From contig OX597818.1 in NCBI GenBank assembly GCA_951406725.2, positions 119,722,001 to 119,786,000 of the forward strand: DNA of 64,000 bases. The letters run 5' to 3'. A program made the position numbers and the translations under genes. The DNA is from Octopus vulgaris (lineage: Eukaryota). Shown here one piece after another: positions 27,933-41,602 of the stretch (the first letter of the stretch is position 1; each line of letters begins with the position of its first letter). Below the pieces are notes generated by a model. It was not told the DNA's origin. It did not search any database and saw only the letters and a list, made by a program, of their open reading frames with translations.

Positions 27933-28590
27933 AGGCGGTGAGCTGGTAGAATCGTTAGCGCGCAGGGACAAAATTGCTTATTGTCATTTCTTCTAGCTTT
28001 ACATTCCGAGTTTAAATTCTGCCAAGGATTCACTTGACTTTTCATCCTCTCCAGATCGACAAAATAAGTACCAGTTCAGCAATGGCGTCGATGTAATTAA
28101 CTAGTCGCTCCCCGCAAAATTTCAGGCTTTTTGCCCATAATAGAAAGATATTTTCAGGCGGTGAGCTGGTACAATCGTCAGCACGCCGGACAAAACACTC
28201 AGCAGCATTTCATCCGGTTTACGTTCTAATTTCAAAATTTCCTTATGGTCGACTTTACTTTCATCTTTTCGGAGTGGATAGAATAAATACCAGTTGAGTA
28301 CTGGTATTGATGTAAGCGACTAGCACCGCCCTCAATAATTTCGGGCCTTGTGCTTATAGTAGAAAGAATTTAAGGCAGCAAGCTGGCAGAGTCGTCAGCA
28401 CACTCGACAAGATATTCAATGGCGTTTTTTTCCGGTTAACGTCCTGAGTTCAATTTCCCTCGAGTTCACATTGTCTTTCATCTTTTCAGGATCGACAAAA
28501 TACATAAACGTTGAGAACTGGAGCCATTGTCATCGGTTCCGCCCATCCTCCTAAAAATTATCAGGTTTTATGCCTATGGTAGAAAGAATT
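27933..28590 (+). mobile_element. Three head-to-tail diverged full-length S1 SINEs
   Basis: Heads aggc.g.gagctgg at about 27933, 28156 and 28373 (period about 220 bp), each with a ttcatc...gtcga.aaaata.gtacc-like core. Confidence 0.8.
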
Positions 28591-29099
28591 ACTATTGTTT
28601 CCCTTGATGTGACCTAATGGTTCACTGGACGGGTGACTATTGTCCATTTAACTACTTTGCAGACAATCCATCCTCACTCTGTCACTCTTCTTCTTTCCCC
28701 TCCCTCACTCTTTCTCTCTCGCTCGCTCGCTTTCTGTCTATCTATCTAGGCGTAGGAGTGGCTGTGTGATAATTATCTTGCTTACGCGCATGCGTCACCC
28801 AGAGTGCATTTGGTTTGTCGTTTGTGTCGGACGTTGGTTTTTGTTACTGCTTTGAGAGTAGAGACAATGAACTCAAACTTTAGCAGGTCTGAGTTGTTTT
28901 CAGCAGAGGAGAAGCTGGCAAGAACGGTCATAAAGATGAATGGAGTGTTGGAGAAGACAAGGTGTTTTGCTATGGTCACGTAGATGAAGCGAAGGGAGTG
29001 GACTTGGTTGGTCTGAAGGAGTATGAGAAGATGGTACAGAAGGTGTGATGGGACGTGAGGTTGTCGCCCCCCAAAGGAATTATGGAACGGATGGAGAGA

Positions 29100-29404
29100 A
29101 AAACGATCACCTATAAGGTCTTCTCGTTAAAAGGAAAAAGGCCGAGCAGGTGGAAGCTGAAACAGGAAAGGCGCTAAGGGAGCAGTCAAAGGAAATAACG
29201 TATATAACTAAAGGAAGGAGATATGTGACAATGGTCGTCCAATTTAGGACAGTAGAGGAGGCGAGGAGGCTGGTGAGTGTGACGGTGAAAACAGAGGAAG
29301 TAGTGCTTCTGCCCACATACCTTGGAAGAAAGACTTCCAAGGTTAGGGTAGAAGCAATTCCACCGGATATAGAAGTGGGTTGGGTAGCGACAAATATTGT
29401 CAGA
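29100..29404 (+). mobile_element. Possible LINE ORF1-like (RRM-type) fragment
   Basis: MVVQFRTVEEARRLVS...LLPTYLGRKTSKVRVEAIPPDI resembles the pattern of non-LTR ORF1 proteins. Not verified. Confidence 0.45.
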
Positions 29405-29756
29405 TCATTGATGTAGCCATACCAAATGAGATGAATGCTGTGAGTAAAGAGGATGAAAAAAATCATCAAGTACTCCAAATTGAAGGTGAAAAATGGTAAG
29501 ACTGTATGGAAGCGAGAGCATAATGTAAAAGCGATGCCAGTGGTGATCGGAGCGTTGGGCTCAATACCATTGACACATCAAAACTACTTAAGGCAACTTG
29601 AAATCCCATGCAAGATTGATGTCTTACAAAAAGCAGCCTTTTTGGGTACAGTGCACATCTTAAGGAAAATATTATTTGTCTGAGGTGAGGTCCTTGTTGT
29701 GACTTGACAGATTACTAAAGATTACGGTGCATTTTTACCTACACTGTGTTACGAAG

Positions 29757-29757
<1 letters not shown>
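29405..29757 (+). mobile_element. R4/Dong-like LINE 3' end, family C
   Basis: IDVAIPNE...PVVIGALGSIP...LQKAAFLGTVHILRKIL*, short 3' UTR, then (AAT)n at 29758-29822. Confidence 0.88.
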
Positions 29758-29820
<63 letters not shown>

Positions 29821-29825
<5 letters not shown>

Positions 29826-30197
29826 GAGTCCTCAGAGAACGCAAACCTCCGCCAAGGCAACACCAATGTCTTCTCAACGATTAGCCAGAGATTATTTTTA
29901 AAATGAGAATATCTAAAATAAACTCGACTGCACTCACAAACTAGAATACTAAAAATGAACCTGACCGCTCTCAGAAATTAAGTAAAAAAAAAAACAGGAA
30001 AAATAATCCAGAATCCTTGACCGGTGCCAGATCGATCTCAAAATTTAATCACTTCGTGCTAGTCACGAAGCCAAACATCCCTGAAAGTTTCATCCTAATC
30101 CATCCAGCGGTTCTTGAGATATCTTGTCTATGGACAAACAAACAAACAAACAAACACGACTGAAAACAATGCCTCCACCTTCGCTAAGGCGGGGGTA
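29821..30197. mobile_element. Non-autonomous Helentron/HINE-like element
   Basis: Subterminal acctccgccaaggc near the left end, (AAAC)n microsatellite, terminal hairpin cctccacctt-cgct-aaggcggggg, and a tttcatcctaatccatccagcggttcttgagat core. No ORF. Confidence 0.6.
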
Positions 30198-30214
30198 GAG
30201 GTATACCTTTAATT

Positions 30215-30392
30215 TTTTGGCACAAGGCCAGGGGTTTCAAGGGATTGGTCAATCGATTACATCGACTCCAGAACTTGACAGGTACTTATTTTACCGACCC
30301 CGAAAAGATGTAGGGTGAATTCGACGCCGGCAGAATTTGAACACAGAGCGTAAAAACGAGCGAAATACCAATAAGCATTTTGTCCGGCATGC
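30215..30392 (-). mobile_element. SINE S1, diverged
   Basis: Reverse S1 core. Confidence 0.7.
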
Positions 30393-30814
30393 AACTAAAA
30401 TAGCAATAATAATGTCGTTTAGGGTGTATAATAATTAGAATTTTACAGGTCTTGTTTCCAAGTTTATAAATAACCAAAATTATGTTCTGATACTCCAGTA
30501 TACTTGCATCCCAGTTGACTTGGATTAGTAACAGATTAGAACTGAAATGAAAGCATGTTACCGAGAAGCTGAGAATATAAATTAGTTGATCGTCTTCGTG
30601 AAGCATGTTGTAGTTAAGTTAACATCCTACGGAAATCAATCTTCGCTGTTAACAGCGTTTATTGAAAACAAAATGGCAATAAAGGGTAAATATGGCTTCT
30701 TTTAAAATGTGTAAATCAGTCGAAGAGGTTTTGGCCTATTTTCGAAATAATTGCAACCAAGATTCTTCCTAGCAGCCGGTAATGAGACTACTAATACTTC
30801 TGATACTAATACTG

Positions 30815-30892
30815 CTTCTTCTTCTTCTTCTTCTTCTTCTTCTTCTTCTTCTTCTTCTTCTTCTTCTTCTTCTTCTTCTTCTTCTTCTTCTT

Positions 30893-30923
<31 letters not shown>

Positions 30924-31003
30924 TTCTTCTTCTTCTTCTTCTTCTTCTTCTTCTTCTTTTCTTCTTCTTCTTCTTCTTCTTCTTCTTCTTCTTCTTCTTC
31001 TTC
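30815..31003. repeat. (TTC)n microsatellite
   Basis: Directly visible. Confidence 0.97.
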
Positions 31004-31292
31004 CAATCAGGACTCACGCCATTAGCCACAAAGAATATCTCTAATTCGAGCCTACTCTAAGCTACTAAGAATGCGTGTGGCAACTTGAAGATCCACCCAC
31101 CACACGCGATAGACTGGCGGTTGCACGGGCGCGAAAGCTACGTTACTACCCTCATTCCGTAAACGGTAGCTTTTAACGGGTGGAAAGCTGAACCATCCTG
31201 GGGTACAGAGGATTCGTAATCTAGACTAGGGTCTGAAAGTTTACCACACCATAGTGGGTTACACCACGATTCCTCTGCTTTGTGGCAGAAGT

Positions 31293-31480
31293 AGGAAGAA
31301 AGAGTGAGAGAAAGTTGTGGTGAAAGAGTATAGCGGTGTTCACCACCCTTCCCCGCCGGAGCCTCGTGGAGCTTAGGTGTTTTTGCTCAATAAACACTCA
31401 CAATGCCCGGTCTGGGAATCGAAACCGCGTTCTTACGACCGCGGGTCCGCTGTCTTAACCACTAGGCCATTGCGCCTCCA
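31293..31480 (-). mobile_element. SINE S3, head half
   Basis: Minus strand tggaggcgcaatggcctagtggttaag...ggtttcgattccc. Confidence 0.85.
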
Positions 31481-31629
31481 CAATGTTGTTGTTGATGTTG
31501 CTGCTGCTGCAACAGCTACTGCTCCCAAAGAAAAAAAAACAAAAGAAAGAAAGAAAACGAAGGAGTAGAAAATGTACCCTTTTTTTACTTTAGTAACAAC
31601 AGCAACGGTAATGCTCCTTGTTTCTAAAT

Positions 31630-32130
31630 TTGGCATGAAACCAGCTCTTTCAAAGTAAAGGAGTCAGATAATGATATTAGGCCCAAGTACTTGACAAATA
31701 CTTTGTCTTTATCGACCTCGACAGGATGAAAACTAAAGTTGGCCACGGTGAGATTGGCACTCAGAACGCCAAGACCCAAAATAAATACCACAAAGCATTT
31801 TGTCTGATGCGCCAAGGATTCTGACAGCTCGCTACCGTCGCCATCTTGATAACGATTTTTTGGCACAAGGCCAGCAGTTTCCAGGGGGAGGTAACTCGAT
31901 TACATTCCCCCACCCCACCCCAGTTGTACAACTGATACTTATTTTGTCGACCCCGATAGGATGAAAGACAAAGTCGACCTCAGCGGAGTTGGAACTCAGA
32001 ACGGTAAACCGGACGAAATGCCGATAAGTATTTTGTTCGGCATTCTAAGAATTTCGTCCGTCTGAGTTGAAATTTCACCGAGATAGATTTTGCCTTTCAT
32101 TCTTTCGAGATCGATTAAACAAGTACCCTA
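31630..32130 (-). mobile_element. Cluster of diverged S1 SINE copies
   Basis: Two reverse S1 bodies followed by an inverted partial copy. Confidence 0.7.
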
Positions 32131-32308
32131 AAATTTTCGTTGCGTCTTCCAACTTTTTCATTAGTCTTGACTATTTTAGATTAATTATAGCTAATTGTTT
32201 GTTTTTGTTGTTTACACGCACTGCTTGCAAATCCCCTTTGTCCCTTGTGTTGTATCGTCCTTTGTTATGTGTGCTGCCCTTGTGACCAATAAAGACAGAA
32301 TTACTACA

Positions 32309-32340
<32 letters not shown>

Positions 32341-33037
32341 GATAAAACAAACTTTTATTCACCATATTGAGGTTTAAATGAAGAGAGGACGAAACAAGGA
32401 CAGACAAACAGACAAGGGGTCGGGGGATCAAATGAGGGTAACAGGGTGAGGATGAACGTTAGAAATTACAAAAAATAAATAAATGATAAAGTAAACGGAT
32501 GATTAACAAAAATGAAGCGGGGGACGTGGGCGACCCCACAAACCACATTCTCACGCTGAAGACTTTATTTTCCTTTTATGTTCTCGCTTAAACAGGTTCT
32601 TTCACTCTCAACACACTTGCTACAAACCTCCATCTTTTTTTGAAAAACGCCATGTGACAGGCATTTCTTCTCCAGCCTTTACGTTAACGCAAACTGTCCA
32701 ATAACATTAACAAGAACATTTGCAGTTAAAACGAACGAGAAAAGACCTTCTACTACGATTTTGTTTCCGCATATATGTACTTCAATTAAATGTAGATTTA
32801 GTCCCATTAGGTACGTAATTGCATTTAATCTGCGTCCAGTCTCGCATAGGTACTCGAAAAGGTTGGTTGTTAGCTTTTCTGAGTGATGATTTCTATTTTC
32901 CATTCTTTTCTTTTTTGTGCTTATGTTTTTTTTTTTCTTTTTTTTCCCCCTTTTCATTATTATCACCGTTTCCACGTTCATTTTCGTTTCAATAACACGA
33001 AGCGCAAGAATACTCTACTAACAGAGAGATAAAACGA

Positions 33038-33057
33038 GTAGTAGTAGTGTGTAGTAA

Positions 33058-33121
<64 letters not shown>

Positions 33122-33155
33122 GGTGGTGGTGGTGGTGGTGGTGGTGGTGGTGGTA

Positions 33156-33223
<68 letters not shown>

Positions 33224-33224
33224 G

Positions 33225-33288
<64 letters not shown>

Positions 33289-33298
33289 CAGCAGCAGT
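33038..33298. repeat. Compound (GTA)n/(GTG)n microsatellite
   Basis: Directly visible. Confidence 0.96.
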
Positions 33299-33613
33299 TT
33301 AATGAGGCCAATATCGAAATTGTTGTAGCTGAATGGAGGTGAATCAATTAGGTTTCCCACTTCCGCCGAGAAAAGGCCTTCAGTTTCTATAATTACAACG
33401 TTCATAGCTTAATGCATGCCGCTTCATCACAATTTAATCAACTAAGTTGGTATTGGAAGGAGGCCCAAATTTATCGCTGAGTAATTCACAAATTCTTTCA
33501 TTTACTAACTTAAAACGTTGGGTTCACATCTTGGCATCGCTTGGAACTCTATACATTCTTGCAGAAACGCTATCCAAGGGTCACCAAAGTCTTGTCAGAA
33601 ATTTTTCCCATAA

Positions 33614-33993
33614 AGGCGGCGAGCTGGCAGAATCGTTAGCACGCCAGACAAAACGCTTAGCGGTATTTCGTCTGCCGTTACGATCTGAGTTCATAATTCC
33701 GCCGAGGCCGACTTTGTCTTTCATCCTTTCGGAGTCGATTAAATAACTACCAGTTACGCACTGGGGTCGATATAATCGACTTAATCCGTTTGTCTGTCCT
33801 TGTTTGTCCCCTCTGTGTTTAGCCCCTTGTGGGTAGTAAAGAAATAGGTATTTCGTCTGTCGCTACGTTCTGAGTTCAAATTCCGCCGCGGTCGACTTTG
33901 CCTTTCATCCTTTCGGTGTCGATAAATTAAGTACCAGTTGCGTTCTAGGGTTGATCTAATCGACTGGCCGCCTCCCTAAAAATTTCGGGCCTT
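33614..33993 (+). mobile_element. SINE S1 dimer (head + two bodies)
   Basis: Head aggcggcgagctggcagaatcgttagc, B box gagttcaaattc, Meta-like core gactttgcctttcatcctttcgg.gtcgataaattaagtacc. The second unit starts at 33847. Confidence 0.92.
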
Positions 33994-34012
33994 TCAATAT
34001 TTCTAACATCAT

Positions 34013-34175
34013 AGGCGCAGGCGTGGCTGTGTGGTAAGAAGCTTGCTTTCCAGCCACATGGTTCCGGATTCAATCCCACTGCACGGCACCTTGGACAAGT
34101 GTCTTTTGCTATAGCCTCAAGCTGAATAATGCCTTATGTGTGGATTTGGCAGACGGAAACTGAAAGAAGCCCACC

Positions 34176-34220
<45 letters not shown>

Positions 34221-34430
34221 TATACATATATATATATATATACATTTGTGTGTGTTTGTTCCCACCGCCACTTGAGAACTCGGTTTGTATGGTTACTACC
34301 CCGTGACTTAACGGTTCGGCAAAAGAGATCGATAGAATAAGTATTGGGGTCGATTAGTTCGACTAAAATTCTTTAAGGCGGTGCCCCAGCATGGCCGCAG
34401 TCTAATGACTGGAACAAGTAAAAGTAAAAG
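34013..34430 (+). mobile_element. SINE S2, full length
   Basis: Forward copy with head aggcgcaggcgtggctgtgtggtaag. Confidence 0.9.
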
Positions 34431-34743
34431 CAAGGATACTCACGATTGTGGTGCATTGTTTGTTGGGGAAAAGAGCATTCTAAGGTGGACATAGTCTGGT
34501 TTTGTTTTTGTTGTTTTTTACTGAAATAATATATATTTAAGAAAAGCTAGCCACACTCTATGTACCAGCTACCACCGACATTGGAGATTAAGATCTGATC
34601 AGGGATAGCCCATTAACGCTCAATCAATATTTTTCGTGAATACCTGGTTGAGAGAAATATTTGCCACAAGAAATTTTACCGTAATTCAGCGTTAGACGAA
34701 TTTACTGTATCTACAATGATAAAACGTAAAAGAACGATAAAAT

Positions 34744-34962
34744 TTGTGTCTGGGGAGAGTCATTTTCTTTTGTTGCCTTATGATTTAACACATTCACCGG
34801 TAAAATTTCCACTTATTTCTTATTTTTATTTTCCTAAAACTTTCGTTGCATCTTGCAACCTTTTCAATTTAGGAAAATAAAAATAAGAAATAAGTGGAAA
34901 TTTTACCAGTGAGTCTGTTAAATTATAAGGTACAAAAAGAAAATGACTCTCCCCAGACACAA
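34744..34962. repeat. Long inverted repeat (about 95-bp arms, 29-nt spacer)
   Basis: 34744-34838 is the reverse complement of 34868-34962 with a few mismatches. Confidence 0.93.
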
Positions 34963-35261
34963 CAGAATATGCTTCAACACACGAACTCACATAAAGAATC
35001 TCGCAAACCAAATCCAAAAACGAACGATAAAAGGTTTTATAAAAGCATTACATAGCCAAGTCTTTATTCAACATAAAATATTTAAAAAATGTGATGACGT
35101 CATTTACCACGACATTTCTTCAGGCGAATTTTTCTACAGCAAAAATTTTAACGGCAAAATTTCCTATAACCATATTTTGTATCGTTCTGACAAAAGTTAA
35201 TTACTGTAAATTACTGTAAACCAAAGGGTCACCAAAGACTTATCAGAAATTTTTCCCATAA

Positions 35262-35539
35262 AGGCGGCGAGCTGGCAGAACCGTTAGCACGCCGGGCGAG
35301 ATGCCTAGCGGTATTTCGTCTGCCGCTACGTTCTGAGTTCAAATTCCGCCGGGGTCGACTTTGCCTTTTATCCTTTCGGGGTCGATAAATTAAGTACCAG
35401 TTACGCACTGGGGTCGATATAATCGACTTAATCCGTCTGTCTGCCCTTGTTTGTACTCTCTGTGTTTAGCCCCTTGTGGGTAGTAAAGAAATAGGTATTT
35501 CGTCTGCCGTTACGTTCTGAGTTCAAATTCCGCCGAGGT
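35262..35539 (+). mobile_element. SINE S1 plus partial second unit
   Basis: Same head and the same aaagaaata|ggtatttcg junction. Confidence 0.9.
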
Positions 35540-36361
35540 GTCAGCATTGTTCTCTAAATCATGATTTATTCTCTAAATTTTGATTTGATCCCTAAATTAC
35601 GTAATATTTTCCTCAGAGCAGGCATACCTGGACTAGTTTGAGGCATGACTGTTAACGATTTTTTACAGCTACATTCAGGGACTCGAGAACCATGACTACA
35701 TTTTTTCCTTTGTATCGCTTCAAATATGTATAACTTGTGCAGATGGATTTTTATGTGAATAGGTGTTTAATGTTCTTACCATCACTTCACTATTTTTTTG
35801 CATGTAGCCTTGTTCTGCATCGATTTTCCTGCTCACAGCTTCACAATTTTAATTCACTATCCCTTCTGTTTGCTTTGTCAGAATAATACAGAAATCTATG
35901 GTGTGAAAAATTTTCTTTCCCACGTTTCGTTAATATATCACCAGCCATCAAGTGCATAAGCAGAAGTAGAAAGCTAAACGAAATTTCATATTTGAGTGGT
36001 TTGCGTTGTGTGATCGTATGATAGCAACACTAGTTATTATGTAAAATAAAAAATAAAATTTTCACGGTGCCAAAAGCTCTCAAAACCAAAGCATATGATG
36101 TCAAATAATTTCAGCATCGAATCAGTAACACCAAATGAGCATGACAGAATAGATTGTCTCTAACCCAGGCCACACGCCTTCTGCTAGTCAAGTATTGAAG
36201 CTTGTATAATCGAGTGCTATCTCTACATAGAATGTTTAGCCTAGCGTTTATATGAAAAAACGATTGTATCAACCAGTGATTCCTAACCTGGTCCGCAAAG
36301 GTAGTACTGGGGGTCCGTGAACTAAATTCAAAACGTCATTTATATATATATATATATATGT

Positions 36362-36570
36362 ATGACCTCGTGTGTACCGTTGGCGATTTTTTTTCCTCAG
36401 TCTTCCCTTCTCTGGATCTTTCCTTCTCTTATGTTTCCGACGAAGAGCTCCGCTCGAAACGTTAAACCCTCCTTCTTTCCTTCTTTCCTGAGCGTCCAAT
36501 AATACTATATTTCTTCCACGTCCTCGCGTTGTTGTGTTTTTTTGTGTTTTCTTGTTTGGATTAACTTTAT
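36362..36570 (+). mobile_element. Penelope-like solo pLTR with minimal hammerhead-like motif
   Basis: Flanked by (TA)n. gttt-ccgacga-a-gagc-tcc-gctc-gaaa-cgtt-aaac at 36433-36467. The downstream tcctgagcg.c.a.taatactat is shared with 50805-50924 in reverse. Confidence 0.75.
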
Positions 36571-36773
36571 ATATATAAATATATATATATGTATATATAC
36601 AACACCAAGTAAGTTAGGGGTTGTGGATCCAACCCACTAAGAGATAATACTTATCCAATATACTGTTGGTATAATACCCAAATTATTAATACACAAGTGT
36701 TTTTAATTGCAATGCAATAAACTTACTTATTGTATTAAATGGGTGAAGGTAAAGAAATATTGTACCATTAATT

Positions 36774-36890
36774 TATATTACAAATAAGAAAATGGACAAA
36801 CACATTAGTTGGTTTATCAGTTTTAGGATAAACATTCTAATACCCTAAAGCTGATAAACCAGCTAATGTGTTTCTCCATTTTATTATTTG

Positions 36891-36897
<7 letters not shown>
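36774..36897. repeat. Inverted repeat (about 54-bp arms, 16-nt loop)
   Basis: tatattacaaataa...atcagttttagg versus cctaaagctgat...ttatttgtaatata. Confidence 0.9.
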
Positions 36898-36936
<39 letters not shown>

Positions 36937-36971
36937 TTAGGTGTGGTGTACATAAATTGCATATTGAGAAA

Positions 36972-37735
<764 letters not shown>

Positions 37736-37749
37736 ATATATATATATAT

Positions 37750-37813
<64 letters not shown>

Positions 37814-38998
37814 TACTTGCAATCATTAAAATCATTCTTTTACATCCCAAGTTCGAACTCCGCTGGAGCTTAACTCAAAATAAACTGTCAATCGCTCACA
37901 AGACTCGATTAAATCAATTACACGGCTTCCTTCACCCACGCAAAGAAATATAAGTGGCTTTCTTTCTATGATTCATAACGATAGAGTGGAGTTTTGTTAA
38001 ATCGCTTTCCGTGCTAGGTAAAATGCGCATAAAGTATTGGAATCGATTTAATTTCCCACAGCGTGTATGTTCGCTTCAGTTAAAACAAGATACTCATTCC
38101 TAAAATGAAATACTCGGGGATCAATATTAATCAGTGCTAGTCATCCAAATGTAACACGTAATCAGATTTTCTGTTCGAAGCATGGAATACGAAACTACAG
38201 AATAAAGTTATGCATTTAGCCACGACTAGAAATGTTCGTTTAAATTACTTCAGGTGTATTTATGACAAATCTATGACTAAATCGTTTGACCAGCACCAAG
38301 TTATAATAATATTTATATAAATTATTGAAGAGAAATGCTTGATATTGGTTTTAGAATAAGCATTTTCGCTATGGCATTTCTAACGAACCATGGGATCTGC
38401 GTTGTATGATTGTGCGATAGCAACACGACTTGAAACCCATTATAGATTGTAAAAGAATTAATTTGATTTAAAATGTATCCCAAACTTTATCTTCCCATTA
38501 ATGTCTCTACACTCAGTAGATTATTGGACCATTGCTTGATAGAGGTAACATACCGCACCTCTTCCTAATGCATAGCATCCACTTGCATCAAACTCTGCTA
38601 CTCCAGGACAGCAAAATGATCCGCTCCGCTAGTTTTATGCCAACTAACTCTAACAGCAAACAGTTTTCGCTCTCGACTCATTTCCTGTCAGAAACAAATC
38701 TCCTATCCTCGAAATCCCAAGTGATCCGCACGCAACTATGACTTCTCGCCTACTAAATTACTGACAATTTCTACCACTCTGGGAACCACCAATCGCCAAC
38801 AATAAGATTTCATTGGTAAAACACCGACAAAAATAGGTTTAATTCTATACTCAGTCGTGGCTCGTTTTGATCGCGGTTTAAGCAATAACAATAGATCCTA
38901 TCACTCAAATCCCACATGGAGATTTATCTCGACAGCATTTTCTCAATTTTCCTCAAACATTGCGCGCTAGACTAAGCCCCTACCGTCACCAAACACTT

Positions 38999-39083
<85 letters not shown>

Positions 39084-39129
39084 GATATATATATATATCC
39101 CTCTGCTTCTATTTCTCTCTCTTCTCTTC

Positions 39130-39470
39130 CCACGTGACCGGCGTTCGGCCAAGCCTGTCCTTTCTTTCTTGGCCTGGCCGGTGTCAGTGCAACATCGATA
39201 TTTCTCCCTGTGTTTGTGAAATCTTGTATCCCTGCCGTAAGGCTTCATTTCCACACACGCCAGCTTAATTTAATTCGTCCTTAGTCGAAAGACACCTGTT
39301 GTTATGTCCTGTTATTATTTTTATTGTATTTGTGTAACATTGTCTGGGTTTTTTTCGTCCTTGTTTTTGTATACATTCGCTGCTTTCTTCCAAGGAATCT
39401 AATGCTCTTAGCTTAGTTTTTCCTTGGGACTGGCCAGATTGGAGCAAACTGACCGTTCTGATGAACGGTT
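39130..39470 (+). mobile_element. Repeat related to 10051-10362, possible PLE terminus
   Basis: 39371-39440 matches 10130-10180 directly and 10069-10114 in reverse. Confidence 0.5.
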
Positions 39471-39495
39471 GCGACAGACAGACAGACAGGCAGGC

Positions 39496-39596
<101 letters not shown>

Positions 39597-39788
39597 TGTT
39601 TCTTTATTAGCCACACAGAGCTGAACACAGAGGAGACAAAATACAAAGTAGAGCTTTTCTTTTTGGGAAGAAGAAAAAAAAGAAAGAAAAAAAGTGGGTC
39701 GAATTCCGATCAAAAGGGATCGTGGAAAAATAAAAGAAATAAAAGGGGCGATCAATAGGGAATGTCAATGTAAAAAAGGAAAACAGAT

Positions 39789-39895
<107 letters not shown>

Positions 39896-39913
39896 GAAGA
39901 AAGGAAAACAGAT

Positions 39914-39990
<77 letters not shown>

Positions 39991-41098
39991 GAAACAATAT
40001 GATAAAATACACATTCCCAAAATTGTACAAACACTAGAGTTTTTCTTCGCTGTCGAACCAGGAAATACTTCGATCACCATAAATACCTAACACTGTACAA
40101 GATGAAGGTAAAAACTGCCACTGAAATACAGTTCACGTCAATGAGACGGTGCTTCAACCAAAATACAAATATTTTCGCTCAAATCTAAAAGGAAGCCATT
40201 TATTTAACTGATTTTCAAATACCCAATCACCAAAATATAATCCAGCGTCATTCACAAACAGCTGATTCCACGCATAAAAATCATGAATAACAAAAATTCT
40301 GACTTCATAAAACTAAATCTGAAATCGTTAATCCCATAACAACTAATTTTAAAACACCAACGCATCACGATAATATTTTTCTACGAAATATGCTTTCATG
40401 AACAATTGCGAAAAATAAAAGAAGACAAATAATAGAAATCTGGTAAAGACAAATATATTGCGGTTTAAGAACCTCGAAACAGCTGGTAATATAAAAAAAA
40501 TTATGAACAGTAAATATATGAAAACACAACTGATTGGATAGTCTTAAGTATTGAAATGTGTTGCGATTTAGTTGCTTGTTTTTCTATTTGTTACTCTTTT
40601 TACTCATTTAACTGTTTCAGTCATTTTGACTGCGACCATGCTGGAGTACCGCCTTTAGTCCAACGAATCAACACCAGAACTTGTTCTTTGTAAGGTGGTT
40701 ATTCTCTAATTTCTATACATATATTGTATATTGTGAAATTTGATTTAGTATTATGACTGAGGGAATAGGTTGAATAAATCATAATCAACGGATCCTTTTG
40801 TATTTTCTTTTACCCAAAACCAGGAACATTTCAGCGCCCCCTTCGAAAAACCTCATGACGGATTAACAGAACCATTCGAAAGTCGGAAAAACGCTTTGTG
40901 CTATTTGTTCCGGCTCTTTATGTTCTGAGTTCAAATCCTACCGAGGTCATCTTTGCTCTTCATCATTCTCCCGGGGTCGATAAAATAAAGTACCGGTCAA
41001 TTACCAGGTTTGATGTAACTGTCTATTCCACTCACCCTTAAAACTGTTGGCCTTCAGGCTAAATTAGGGACGATTATTAATTCCATAATAATCATTTT

Positions 41099-41131
<33 letters not shown>

Positions 41132-41570
41132 TCCCACCAAGGCTGCCGCTGCCATCATGGTTACCACCACAGTCGTTATCCTCCTCTTCTTCTTTCACTT
41201 CATTATTGTCAACATCATTATCGATAAATAAAATTAAAATATTTCTAATCAGTCTTATTTGTGCATGTGTGTGGAGGGCTGTGTACATCAGTTGTCTCTT
41301 TGTTTTCCTTTTTAGATTGTCTGTCGCTTGTTTTGACAGGCCAACGGCCAGAAGGTATCGCTGCAGAGTAAAGCAAGAAAAACAGTCAGAACAATGAAAG
41401 GAGAAGCAATGAATAACATAATAGATAAGAGATTACCAGTGTATCTTCTTATCACCATCATCAGCATCAGCATCATCATCATTTTCCTCATCGTCGTCGT
41501 TGTCGTCGTCATCGCCGTCGCTGCAGTTACCATCATCATCATCGCCATTATCATCACCATCACTACCACT

Positions 41571-41602
<32 letters not shown>

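Noticed and set aside
41316-41354. Possible 39-nt exon (polypyrimidine-TAG acceptor, AAG|GTATCG donor)
   Set aside because: Weak donor, no partner exons and no recognisable peptide. RNA-seq would be needed.
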